A DNA stretch of 54,763 nt, filler included, from Sphacelaria rigidula (lineage: Eukaryota): NCBI GenBank assembly GCA_964200075.2. It is 5 parts of 5 records of this genome, joined end to end, with 100 filler letters (N's around TTAATTAATTAA, not from the genome) between each part and the next. Parts side by side here need not be neighbours in the genome. Positions count along the whole stretch, not along the records: positions 1 to 10,874 come from CAXNAA020005755.1; positions 10,975 to 21,847 come from CAXNAA020005756.1; 3 more parts are not named here. One strand, written 5' to 3'. Positions 1 to 13,734 of the stretch are shown here, one piece after another. Position numbers and translations under genes: made by a program. The notes under the pieces were generated by a model. It made no database searches, was not told the DNA's origin, and worked only from the letters and a program-made list of their open reading frames with translations. Positions within the stretch are counted from its first letter, which is position 1. Each line of letters starts with the position of its first letter.

Positions 1-927
1 TGAAAAGCAGACTAGGCCCCTCTCTGCGGGGTGATGCAGAGTGTCCGAGACGTGTGTCGGCGGTTTTCTCGGCTCGGGGGTCAGAAGGTGGGTCAAACGT
101 CATGAAAGTGAACAATCCGTGGGCCAAAAATCTGTTTGCCATAACATCCGGCCTACGGACCTCTCTTGGAACATGAGTTTTCGATCGAAAAAGTGCGGGA
201 GAAAAGAAAAACACTTATCTGATAGGTCATGATTTCAAACATCTTCAAACTTGACAAGTTCCGGAGCACCGCCTCCATATTATCGACAAGGAAAAACACT
301 GAAAACAATTGGGCACAAATAACAAGGCATCCGTACACTCACGATAGCGATCATGGTGGCAAATAACAACGATCCGGGCACAACACAGAAAAATCAAAAC
401 CAAAACGATCATCTCATGGCTTGACTTCACCTCTCTCCGCCTCTACCCCGCCGGAGTTCCTTTCCACCATCACAATCCTCCTATTTTGAGTAACAAATAT
501 CGTGTGAAGCACCTCTAGAGAATCAAGTATCTGTGAAGAAAAAACACTACTCTACAGCGTAGCTCACCCTGTTCAGAAACAGCTCGACATAATCATGACA
601 CTACATACTTTTCTCGAAGACTTGAAAACGCTGCGGCGATCTCCCCGAGTACGAACCGCGTGGGACCATCGTTAATACTTTGTTGTTGACGAGTTACCGA
701 CCACTGCGCGCGCTACAATCTTCTCTTCGACTTTAATATCCATAACGTTCCATGACGTCCTCGACCCGGCTGACAATCAGGCACGATCGCCCATGAGTAC
801 CTCATTTTTGACAAAAATTCATTCTCGATTGGAAGCGACATATCAGGTGGATCTGCTTCCAAGAATTATAACGGTGAACATTTGATACCAAAAAAATGGG
901 AATCGAGAGCGGTTGGACCGTCTTGTA

Positions 928-1369
928 TGGCAACCAATCCGTATTTGTACTAGTATAATATGAGGGTTTCAGCCCCGTCTACAGGCGATTTTCCGCCGTG
1001 GATTGATTTTTCGGATCCCAGTCCATTGAGCAATGCTTTTCGCCTGGCTCTGACAAAACCAGACCATTTCTACGATTCCTCTGGACGCTGACTTTTGGTT
1101 CATCACCTTTTTGCTCAGATCGGGAGACTCCCGCATATACCCCGAATCTGGGGCCCAAATCGGGGGAGATGCGGGAGTCTCCCGATCTGAGCAAAAGGTG
1201 GTGAACCAAAGGCAGCTTTCCATAGAATCGTAGAATTGATCTTGTTTCCTAAGAGCTAGGCGGAAGACATTGCTCAACGGACTGGGGTCCGAAACATCAA
1301 TCCACGGGAGAAATTCGGATTTACACGGGCTGAAATCGTCATATTTGTACAGATACGGATTGGTTGCCA
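928..1369. mobile_element. Foldback/MITE-like palindromic element flanked by TA
   Basis: TA|TGGCAACCAATCCGTATTTGTAC ... GTACAGATACGGATTGGTTGCCA|TA. Inverted similarity continues inward to a centre near 1152. Confidence 0.8.
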
Positions 1370-1490
1370 TAAAACATGGTTTTCAGACGAAGGTAAAACA
1401 CCGGAGTTCTTGTTTGATTTACGTACAACTCCTCCTTTTTGTTGCGGAGCTTGCCCTCATTATTGCGAGAAAGGTTCAGACCATATTTTA

Positions 1491-2350
1491 TGGCAATCAT
1501 CAATCTCGATTTTTCGGACTCGGGAGGGAAAAAAAATGGGGAATACATTCGGATGTCACGATCTCAGAATGATCTCCCCGACTTTTCGAGTAAAACGGGG
1601 GAGATCTTTGAAAAATCGTGACTCCCTCCGATTTTCTTCAGGTGACGTGCGTAAATTGACGTTCAATGGCAGAGGACAACGAGGTAGTTGATACTTTTGC
1701 AACCGCAGCAGAACACAGTCTCGTGACAGCAGGGTATGCCTCCCCGCGCCAGCTGCTGAGGCAGCTTCGCACAGGGTTTGACAAACGTATAATATGAGTG
1801 TTGACGCCGAACCCTGCGGCGATGGTGATATTTTTCATGCTGCACTGCGCTGCCGTATCCATCACTGTCACGAACGGTGCTATACTCTCTCGGTCTGTTG
1901 TCGCTGTACTTGCAGGATGGGGTGTGGCACTGCACTACTGAACTCTTTACGCCCTCTGTCAACTGTTATCGCAATACGGACTGCGCCATCATCTTGTGCT
2001 GTAGCATCTAGTGCTGTATTGATGAAGTGTCCTGCACTGTATCACCCTTGGGCAACACGGTATGACACTGTACTCGAAGGACTATTCACCACCTGCCTGC
2101 TGTTGAGCTTCATGCACCAGTACGCAACACTCATGCAGACATGAGTGTGTACGGAACTGTTTCACAAATTTGTGCTACTGTTGTCCGTACCATAAAACGA
2201 TCCCCCCGATTGTGAGTTTGCGAATTAAAAAAAAAATCAGGGTATCCAGTCCAAAAAATTGAGATTCGTTGCCATAATAGTTGGTCTCAGCCTTTCCTCC
2301 TTAAAAAAAAAATCAGGGTATCCAGTCCAAAAAATTGAGATTCGTTGCCA
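1491..2350. mobile_element. Non-autonomous TIR element related to the 928-1369 family, right end duplicated
   Basis: Left end TA|TGGCAATCATCAATCTCGATTTTTCGGAC. Right end GTCCAAAAAATTGAGATTCGTTGCCA|TA occurs twice (ending 2274 and 2350). Confidence 0.6.
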
Positions 2351-2376
2351 TAATAGTTGGCCTCAGCCTTTCCTCC
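2225..2376 (+). repeat. Tandem duplication, 2 x ~76 bp
   Basis: 2225-2300 and 2301-2376 are nearly identical. Confidence 0.9.
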
Positions 2377-2471
2377 CTATTGTCGACCGTGAAGACGGCC
2401 TTATATCCTGTAAACGCCACGACATGGTGCCCACTGTTGGGCATGGTGTGAGAAAAATCCAATATCTTTAA

Positions 2472-4562
2472 CCCTTAGATAGCGACGGTAGTCTTATCTG
2501 GATCATGCATACTTTGTTTCACTCGAAATTGATGCCGATTCAACAGAAGACTAACCTCGCGGTTTGAGGGTTAACCAAGATTCGATTCCGCGACCCAACC
2601 GTCAGACGGCTTTAAGATTATTACCATTCACCATTTCAGCCACCGAGGCGACTGGCACAAATTTCGGTAACAACAATCATTTGTACCTAGGGGTTCCGGA
2701 GACCAAACAGCCCTCTTTTTTGGCCCCTAAAATATTTTCGTCCTTTCGACGGAACACGTTAAGATCAAAGTCATCCTGACACTTCACCTATTCGCTCCGT
2801 TACAGCTCCAATACCCGTACCGTCTTCCTGGACCAATACGGTGAGGACAACACCGAAAAAGAAATTGCAACCCATGCTGCCCCGTCCACGCAAAAGAGAG
2901 AGGTGTCTACTAAACGGCAAAAAAACAAACACCAACGCCCATTGATTCCAATATTGCCTAATGAAGGTGACACAACGTGCCTGGGAAAACATCTTGAGTT
3001 GAACCCAGTATTCAAGCGTCGACTGTTTTAGACGAGACACTGAATGTGGCGCCGTCGCGCGTGCGACCATCTCCAGGTTCTGCCATACTTGACGTCCCAC
3101 CGTTACATGAAATGCATGACCGCACGTTCTCAGGATGTTTTGAAGGATCTCTCGTGAGAGGATGCACGTTCCCGGAATCTTACGAATCACCTCTCATGAG
3201 AGGATACATGCGAAAAGCCTTCGCGACACAAGTGGATACGAACGCCCTTCGCGGACGGGTATGTTCCCTCAAAGCCGGCACCGTGAGATGACCTCCGGGA
3301 ACGCATATCATCGAATGACTTCTTTACAATCAGGCGGTACCTGTACGGTTACTCTAGTGTGCCACTGCAAAATAATTGGGATCTTTCCTGCAGGAGTATC
3401 AGTGGATCATCATCAGGTCACGGAGGATTCATACCACACGGGTTGAAAAGATACAAACAATTGTTCATTATCGACTACGGTCATAACACCCGAAGATTCT
3501 TGCTCTCTGTTGCGGCAACTTGGCAGAAATTCACCTGTCAAGGCGAAATTCGTCATGCATACCTGCTTGTCTGAAACAACATGGAACGCGTGTTCCCTAG
3601 TGGGGATCTTCTTCAGCCTGCTCCCCGCGTTAAGCTCAAGGGTACCTCGGGGATGTCTGTCTCCCTTTTGGTTGTAGTACATGACCCGCTTGCCCTCCAG
3701 CACAAACCATCGTTCGGTCCATCCCGATACGCCTAATGATTTCGTTATGAAATGAGGAATTTTTCGGCAATGCAGGGCGTTATTTTGCGATAGCGAAGGA
3801 CATAATTTCAAAGCAATTGGGGGTATCATTTCGCGACAGTCGAGTGCATTTTAACCACAAATCGGGGGTCAAAAAAATCGCGACAAATAAAGAAGGTAAA
3901 GTGTCAAGGCGATCGAGGATATGAGCAAGTAAGTCCAAAGTTAATTGTTTGCGCAAAACTGTTTTCAGCGAACACGAAACCCTGCCTCAAATTTGCCGGA
4001 AGATCTCTGGTGAGGGAGTCAGTTTCAGAGGGACGCTCTGAACATGCAGTGAAGAGACAGCTCGAACAGACCACGCAAGCACCCGGGGGGCAGAAAGACG
4101 GGTGCTTCGCCCCGTTAGGGGTGATCGGGATTCCCAAAGATCCGAAAGTTACGTGTCGGCGTGTCGGGGCCAGCATCGACCAAGTCTTCGATCGTAACTA
4201 TCTACTTTCCAGTGAAGTAAAACTCTCCTCCTCGGTAGAGACTGAAGCACCCGCACGTGGGGAGAATAAAACGTAGGCTGAAGCTCGCAATGAAGGGAAC
4301 TACGAGCTGGGCCCGTTTGAAGCATATCATGGTTCTTGCCCAGCTTTGCACGATTAGTTTTCAAAAAAGTGACAAAACACATCGTGAATGATAATTTGTC
4401 TGGGGCTGATGAGATGCTTCATTCTCTCTGCCCCGACATCACCCTCACGAAACTCTTCATTTTGAAATCAACTTAGCGGAAGCAGGTCGTGTGTCGAATT
4501 TGCGCCAATTTCGCTCCGAAAGAGTACGCATGATCCAGATGGTCTCCCGTCTAGTTCAAGGG
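2472..4562. mobile_element. piggyBac-like non-autonomous element (diverged ~70-85-bp inverted termini)
   Basis: TTAA|CCCTTAGATAGCGACGGTAGTCTTATCTGGATCATGCATACT versus AGTACGCATGATCCAGATGGTCTCCCGTCTAGTTCAAGGG|TTAT. CCC...GGG ends with a TTAA target are piggyBac hallmarks; the right TSD is imperfect. Confidence 0.55.
3563..3732 (-). pseudogene. Exon encoding most of a pleckstrin-homology (PH) domain, probably a decayed or captured gene fragment
   Basis: tag acceptor and gtatgc donor. Peptide GVSGWTERWFVLEGKRVMYYNQKGDRHPRGTLELNAGSRLKKIPTREHAFHVVSDKQ matches the PH pattern (W.RWFVL...YY...PRG.L.L...HAF). The following segment GEFLPSCRNREQ resembles a degenerate PH C-terminal helix. Confidence 0.75.
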
Positions 4563-7500
4563 TTATAACGTAAGGACAGGGCCTCACGAGCTGAGAATTG
4601 CTAGACGGTTTGGATCAAGACGCAAAAACTTGGGCCTTATAATAAAGATGCATGACAAACTTTCAAACCTTCGATGTGTCACAAATCGATATATATATAT
4701 GTATATATATATTTATATGGCCAAGGCAATACATTTTCTCGTGTTCACACGTGTAGAACTCACGTGAAAAAATTTCAGCTCAGAACTCTTCCAATTTGGC
4801 CATTTTTTCCACCTTGTGTTACACCGTTGCGTCCCCGTGTCTGATGAGAGACTCCCACGCGGACGGAAGGTCATGAGAAAAAATACCATCAAACATTTTT
4901 CTTTCGCAGAATCTGGCTTCGTTGTTGAGGTCATATAATACGCAGTATCTTTTTCATCGTTATATTCACGGCGAAGCGTACATTGGCAGGCTGGTCTGGA
5001 CTTCATAGCGATATACTCGTGTCAGACCAATTCGGGAATCTGTAAACCTTCTTGTGTGCTATAATAGAGTGATGTGTGCTTTTTCGTTAGTTGACCCAGC
5101 TGGTATGGTGTGCTGACTTCATACATAACATCTCGCCACCCTACGAGCAGATGAGAGTAACGAGAACAGAAATGAATGGTTGACTGTACCTTCAAGTTCA
5201 TGGAAGCATGAACCTACGTGCGCATGCACCACACCAGCTAACGAAATATATTATTGGGTTAAATCTATTTCAAGATAACAAGAGAGGCATGGCATGTGCA
5301 GAATATCAGAGGGGCTCTTGAGTGAAGCCAACAAAACTGTAGTGTGTTTTATCCCAGGTGTTGAAAGTCTTACTGCTTGGTCGTGAGTACACTCAGTTAA
5401 TCAATCCGTTCCCAAACATACGGATACGATAGAAAGGTCACCTCTTCACCGTTCAAGGTATAATCTTGTCGAACTGTTCGCGAATGAAGCGGACCAGCCT
5501 TCATCGCCAACATTTGTACCTCCGATAGCAGACAGGACTGCTGGATTGGATCTGGTCCCATGTCATTAGTCAAACACGCCTACATGAATGACAGTATCCC
5601 AGATAGTAGCATGCGGATGTGGTGGTACCCACACTCGTATATTGTTCTGTTCGTATCAGGTCTGACTTCTTGCACAACCATGTGCGTATGACATATACAT
5701 GAATGAGAGTGTAAATCATACGTACAACAACTCGGGGGAGCTACAAGTAGGGCGCGGGGATGGGTCAGTAGAGGTATCTCACAACTCGAGGTTCCCGGTA
5801 TACATATATTCATCAGTACAAGTCAAATACACGCGGAACATAGAGTTTGAGATACCTCCAGTAGAGGACAGTTTAGTGGGTAATTCATTTGAACAGATGA
5901 AGCAAAAAAAACACGTCCTCTCGGCGCGCAAATATACCGCGGGAATCATCCCACTCCAAAAAATCCTGTAGCCAAGTCGATGTGCTTCATAGCATATTCG
6001 TTGCCGTTTCTGTTGCGCTGATACACCAAAGGGAGTAGGTCAGAGGCAGCTGTTTTACAAAAGTAAGCAACCTCATGAGCATCACTCGTACTAGAGTACA
6101 TACTGCATAGTGATGACCCATGCGTTTCATTCGAATGGCAAAGTACCGGTAGTCACCATTCATTATGGCCAAACGTAAAATGTCGGTCAGTCATTTTTGT
6201 TCTTCCGGGCTACAGCAGTTGTTCCACACAACCAAGATGGGTTGGGACGACTCGGTCTCTAAAGGTCGCCCCGTGGTCGTTCTCTCTCCCATCATGCTTG
6301 TACTTTCTTTCGACTGACATGGACCCATATCTTTGATCCCATCTTGGGGAGCGACTGCGGATGCTTCAACCGGTGACTACAGCACGAAAAAGGCGGGCCG
6401 ATTATCTCGCAGGGGGGGGTATGAAACTCGAACATGGCAAGAACTTTTGAAGGACACGTTCAGGGGAGGTTGCTACTTCCCACTATTGTCAAACCAAAAC
6501 GCCGGCTGGAAATCAACCCGTTCCATACAGACGAGCGCGCGCAGACTGTATCTGAAAAAGCATAGAAATAAGTGTGTACAAGGCCCTCACATCGGGATTG
6601 ATTCATGGACGGGAACAGAGTACAGTACTTCACAACTGTCTGTACAGTCCTCAAAGTAAGACACTGGGCGCAGATAAGAGGCCGCCTTCACAGCATGGGC
6701 GAAAATCAGTTGAAATTACCCGCAGATACCGTATGCGAAATTACCCAACTTCGACGGGCGGTGGGTACCAGTCTAGAATTGTGAGCCCACACACGAAAAC
6801 AGCACAAGATATCATCAACGTAAAAACAGGACAAACACACACAGGTCTCGGCTCCACGTTGAACAGGCGCACATGAAATCTGCCTCCATGATTCTACATC
6901 AACCGACAAGAGGAATAAATGTGTTGATAGGGTCGTCAGTACAGACCACGCACCCGGCCGGAAATACGCCTGCACCCTCCCGTGTAGACACAGGACCAAC
7001 ACGTGCAGCTGGCTGGCTGTGTATTTGTTCTTGTTTCCCCTCTCGCACAGCGATAAGGTGTATGGATAGTGTAGTTGAATAAAAGGTGTGGTTACTGCTC
7101 GAAGGGGCAAATCTCGAGTGGTTCCGAGGCCTAGCCATGAGATTGATCCGGTAGCCCCACATACCCCTCGCATTCGGATATTACGGTACAGTCAATCACG
7201 GCATAAATCCTGGATATTCAGCAAAGACAGTAAAATATAGACAGTAAGAACACTTCATTCATGTTTCAAAACGCGTGCGGTCGGGTTTTCGGCTCCTGCA
7301 GTAGCGGTTGAAATGTTCTTCAGCTTGCCTGTACAAAGAGCGGTAGACTGCGGTGCAGACGTACACTACGGCCAGTACAACATGGTCGTGACTGTTGTTG
7401 AGCGTACGGAATTACGAGCTGTCAAGACTGCTGTCGTCATTGCCGAGAAGCAGTCAAAACCGCAGCTCTTCGGAGACAGTCCGTTCTCACGAGGTGACAG

Positions 7501-9846
7501 CCCACTAGGCGTCTGCGATGATAGGGTAAACGAACTGCAACGATCGAGCAATCAAAGCTCCCGCATTCCAAGCGCACCATCGCCTTCACTCGTCAAACAT
7601 CTGTGAAGGCTTGCGGCATACACTAACCATACCCACTTCGCATGAATCGATAAGGTGGTCCACGTGAAAAACCCAAGAAAATTCACTGGAAAAAAAAAGT
7701 ATTTTACCGTCGACAGAAAAAACGCAACGGTTTTGTTCATAACTTTGGCGTTCAAAACGACCAAACATGTCGTGTGAGAGGGAAGACGAAGGCGAAAAAC
7801 AGGGAGATTCATCACCGTTCTCTCTGCGATCACCGGACTGATCACGGGTCGTTCTCCCTAGCCAAACGTTATGACATCCCTGATGACAACGATGCATTTG
7901 CATTGGAAATTATCAAGGGAAACAAACGTGGGTACAGATCCATTTCTTTCAGCATGACGAATGAATGCTCGTACACAGCAATCAGACGGCTCGAGGAACA
8001 TCAAACTCCTGTCCAGCCTTTCGTTTTGGGACAAAAAAAAAGGGGCGAGTTGCCAAGGCCCGGCGGAATTTGCGTTTGTGCGGTCCCCATGAGAATTTCC
8101 TCTTCGTTTTTGTACCGCGTGGGGACATGAGAGTTCCGAACGCAACGGGAACAACTATCCTCATATTTTCCATCATATCTGCACGCTAGTCCATGCAACG
8201 CGTCTAGTTTACACTGTGGAGAAAAAAAGGAACCCTACCCTCTGTGTGCCCCAAATGATGGGTGACATGAAAAGTCGCAAGTGAAAAACAGCGAAGGGCG
8301 AGTAGCAGCGGTGTGTGGAGAAAAGCCATCGGGGAAATATCAAATATTTTTCTCTCAGCGTACAACAGCGAGCAGCGAAGCTGATCATTTTTCGAACCTC
8401 CACGAGAGACGCGGCGTAGAGCGCACGTTGCAATGATTGAGCAACAACCAAGAGAAGCAGAGACCACCAACCAAACTCAACGAACAAGTCTAGACATCAC
8501 TCGAGTACAGTCAAACATCAACGTATCAGTACGCTCACGGATATGTACGTATATCTCGCTCGCTCACCCCCAAGGTGGGACTGCGGGCTGTGTACATGAG
8601 CGACAAGACTTCATCGATTGGGATGATTTGAAGTACTGGGAAAACAGGAAAATATATCGGGGGTGTTTCATCGTGGGACAGCACCACCAAGACCCCAGGA
8701 CACGCATTTCATTCAGGATACGTCACCTGTGGGCGAAATGCAGATAAAAATACGAGCACATGGGAGCTTCGCCACAGAAAGAAAGAGCCTGTCCGGACGC
8801 GTATCAACGACACCTCCAGCCAAATACACGCGACACAGAAGAAAAAAGATGGAGCTCACCCTTCTTCTCCAAGAAACCCTCCATATTATTGCTGCCACCC
8901 GTCCTTTCTGCAGCACGCTCCCGGTCCTTTTAGAACAGCACGCTTGTAATCCTTTCAGGAGGATGCCTCCCTTCCAAGCCCGCAAGCACAGACAAAAGCC
9001 GATGAAGTCGAGCTACACCTGACTGTTTACAACGGAAGCTCCGCACTACGTATAGGGTGAGCTGATCAGTGCCGTCCAGTTCGCCCCGTGCGCCCCCCCC
9101 CCCCCCGCCCCCCCCCCCCCCCCGCCCCCCCGCCCCCCGCCACCCCCAACCCCACAGACCCCCCCNNNNNNNNNNTCCAACGGAAACGCCACCGCTCGCT
9201 GGGGCGGAGAGGCTACGTCCCCCCCCGTTCCCCCCCGTGGCCCCCCCCCCCCCCCCCCCCCCCCAGCGCGGACGGATGAGACACTCGCAAAAAATGGAAG
9301 CTGTTCCTTTGACTTGAGAAGGAGATGAAAATTCGATTTGGCCCTTTCGTTGAGAGGCTAGATGCGTACTTCGTGAGGTTCCTGTGTTATAATTTGATGT
9401 ACGGCACCGTGCGAACGGCAAGTCCGGAATACACCCAACAGCTCAGTAAAGCGTGAGGGTAGTCGCTCTGTGCCGTCCCAGAACTCAATACAGCATTCCT
9501 GCACCCACCGCGACGATGGGCAATGACTCAATAGGTATTATCTAGAGGGATCTGGTCGCAAAGGACCTGTTATCCCTGAGAATTGTGTCATTATTTTTGG
9601 ACGTACGTGATGTGACATGTTTCCGGGTGTCCAGGGACATTTGTATATGATGATTGACCGTCGTCCTCACTGACTGTCGTCGTGATACGCGAACAGTAAG
9701 CGATCGAGTGAAATTCCTCCTTCCCTAAGCCACACAGACAGCTTCAGTTAGCGCGGGAATCAGATCAGGGACATTAACGTCCAGGCTCCGGCCTGGCGAA
9801 GAAAAACAGGAGCGACTGACTTCGTGGTAGTACAAAGGAACTGCTG

Positions 9847-10239
9847 GTGACGGCTGTACAGAGTGATATCGTGCTAGTGAGTCTCTTGAGCCTCCACGAA
9901 GAGATGTATATGCACGAGATAACAAAAAAATATGCACGCGTGGAGAGCAGCAGCGCACCCACCAGCTGTGAGATACGGCAGTCGACCGCTGCAGCAGGGC
10001 TTGGAACATTTGCATCACGTGATTTGATCGCTGGAGAGATCCTTTACGCAGAGTTACCGTTCCTGGTCGCCAAACCGCACGCCATGAACGATGATATGAA
10101 CGACAGTGGCACTACACTTTCACCTCCCGCAAAGCTGTGCGACGACTTGTCTGCCATATCTATCCAGCATAATGGATTACCTTCGTGCATCAAGCTTGGG
10201 ACCGTGCAATCCTCAGGTGCGCTGAGTATTCCTGTGTGA
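9847..10239 (+). CDS. Fragment resembling the N-terminal part of a SET domain (SMYD-like); may be a pseudogene
   Basis: EIRQSTAAAGLGTFASRDLIAGEILYAELPFL matches G.G.FA.RDI..GE.I..E.P. No C-terminal NHSC motif was found nearby. Confidence 0.5.
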   Translation: MTAVQSDIVLVSLLSLHEEMYMHEITKKYARVESSSAPTSCEIRQSTAAAGLGTFASRDLIAGEILYAELPFLVAKPHAMNDDMNDSGTTLSPPAKLCDDLSAISIQHNGLPSCIKLGTVQSSGALSIPV

Positions 10240-10874
10240 CCATCACCGTTCGAATCGGCTCCAACCGTTGTTGGGAAAGTTGAACATTTAAACTGATGGG
10301 TGCCTGCCTACACATCACCCGACAAAGAGCGGAGATTACTAGTACTGGCGCATTGTAATAGTGCCATTGAACGAACCCTCGACGTTCGTGTCCTTCCTAT
10401 TTGTATTGTAGATGCAGTATGTATGCGTTGCCCTAATCGTTGCCCTAGTGTCATAACTGTCCGGAATCCATACGAGCTGGGCCAGCCTAGAGGTGGATTT
10501 GAAGTTTGCAAACCCATGCTCAGCCCAATATTTTGAGTTGGAGCGTAGAATTTGGTGTGGACAATGCATGGGGCATGAAAAAAATATACGTCGGTAGCAA
10601 AAGTTTTTTTTCTTTTTTCATGAGCTGAGGGCATTTTACTGCGATACCTGAAAACTGATTATTGCCCTTAACTGATGTAAAAAAAACGTTGGTACTGACG
10701 TAATTTTGGGATGAGCATGGGCCTTTCAAGAACCGGACCGGCAGAAATTCAGAACAGTATTTCGAAGGCCACTCACCGGTCCACGTTTGGTTTTCGTGCC
10801 CTGTACGAGCTGGGCCAGCCCAGAAACGGATTTAACCTGGTAGGGCAATATCTCGTCACCGGAAACCATTTGAG

Positions 10875-10974
10875 NNNNNNNNNNNNNNNNNNNNNNNNNN
10901 NNNNNNNNNNNNNNNNNNTTAATTAATTAANNNNNNNNNNNNNNNNNNNNNNNNNNNNNNNNNNNNNNNNNNNN
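10875..10974. other. Artificial contig linker (N44-TTAATTAATTAA-N44)
   Basis: 100-bp spacer whose 12-mer gives stops in all six frames; identical to the other three linkers. Confidence 0.98.
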
Positions 10975-11795
10975 CTGTTCAAAGAGATGCTCTACAGAGC
11001 CTGCGCACCGGAGACTGAAAAACGCTAGATAGGAAGATCCAAAAAAGACATACATGGGGCTAAACTGTGCAGCCCAAATCTCCGGGGACTGGACATGGAG
11101 ATGCACGCAGGGGCCTTTTCGTGAATCGGCATCGTTGTCTGTCTTTTTCAAGTGAAAATGATGACGATTTCCAAAGTGACCAGTCCAACACCCCCGAGAA
11201 ACATTTTCGCTGAAAAAGTGCAACCCCTGTCGTAGCATCACGGCCCACAAGCATACCAGTCGTTGTGAGACAATCCATGCGTGAATGGCGGGAGGGGGGG
11301 GGTCTCGATGAGGATGCCGGGCGCTGAGCTGTTCTCGCGGACGCCTTCCTGCTTTGTATTGTAAAAAACGCTGTTGTCGCGGTTTTATTGCCCAATAGAT
11401 GCAGCGTTCCAATTTCGCACGGTGCTCTTGTTTTTGCTTAGCCATCACATACCCCGAGTTAAATCTGCTGAGTTGTTGGCTCTTTCTTTCCGCGCGAGGC
11501 TACGAAGGTAAAAACAAGAGTAAAAGATGCAAGGTGGTGCAACCTCCATGAAAAAAAAAAAGGACATACAGCGCGTGATAGCTGGTTTCAGATTGTATGA
11601 AGCGCCTCCTATGGGCGACATTGGCGAAATCGGTTCCAAGCGCGGGAGTTCCCAGCTGCTCGGTGTGCTCGGCTTTGGTCATTTTTATTACATGTAGATT
11701 TGGCCTGCTCTAGCCGGCCAGTTTCCTCGGGGGGCTGTCGCGGCACATTCGTAATTATTTTTCACCGGCGGGGGGGAAGGACGCACAGCATGTGA

Positions 11796-12972
<1,177 letters not shown>

Positions 12973-13608
12973 CCTTTAGACAGCGTTTCTGGTCGAAGAA
13001 CACGCTGCCCTTTAATGCCGCACCACCAGTATACATACATTGTATATATGTAAGATCCATATCTTATCATCCGATGCATTTTCTTTTTCCACTATTGATT
13101 TCGCGGTCAATTGCTTCGGTGACTGCTGTCGTTTCCGTCGGCTGCATCGAACGAAGGCCGCTAACGCTTTGCTACAGTTCCCGTGTAAGCCGGTAGCGCG
13201 CAAAGCACCGCACTCCGTTCCGTTCCCGGCGGGTGTTTCCATTCATCTGTATTGTCGCAGGTATTTCCTCGAAGTGAGTCTTCGACCGCCATTGCATTTA
13301 TAAGGGACTACCGGTGGAAAATGAATCATTTTTGTTTTCTTTCCGAATAGTGAATGTTCGAGTGATCATGGTATGTTACTACTGATGCATCGACAGTGCA
13401 TTCCGGTGTACCGGAGGGTGACGTTCGTCCTCCCAATGAGGCCCTGCAAAGCTTCGATTACCCACTGTCAACTGTGCTCTCGGCGTACTTGCCCGGGAAT
13501 GACAACATAAACATTTTTCTCGGCTTGGTCCATCCTGTGATTGTACAGCAACAACTTTAATCCGTCTCACGTTTTGATTCGCCGACGCTTGCGATTTCTA
13601 ATCCACAG

Positions 13609-13734
13609 GAGCCTCAGTCTGTGATAGGCTACTGGTGGGCTTTGGAAGACTGCACATTGTCTAATGGCTGCCTCTGGGCTGTGCCGGGCTCGCACAGTCG
13701 GGTGGTTCGGCGCAGATTCAAGAGATCGCCCACG
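13609..13734 (+). CDS. PHYHD1: PHYHD1-like internal exon (absent from the ORF track)
   Basis: cacag/gtgagc boundaries, 126 nt, phase 0-0, EPQSVIGYWWALEDCTLSNGCLWAVPGSHSRVVRRRFKRSPT (W.ALED...NGCL..PGSH motif). Confidence 0.93.

Noticed and set aside
7774..8130. Ty3/gypsy RNase H from a TDH motif
   Set aside because: The surrounding residues do not fit, and no other pol motifs or LTRs were seen.
9069..9317. Proline-rich or glycine-rich ORFs
   Set aside because: Products of a poly-C tract containing Ns; low-quality, low-complexity sequence.
10919..10930. TTAATTAATTAA as a biological motif or piggyBac target
   Set aside because: Identical synthetic linker centred in each 100-bp gap.
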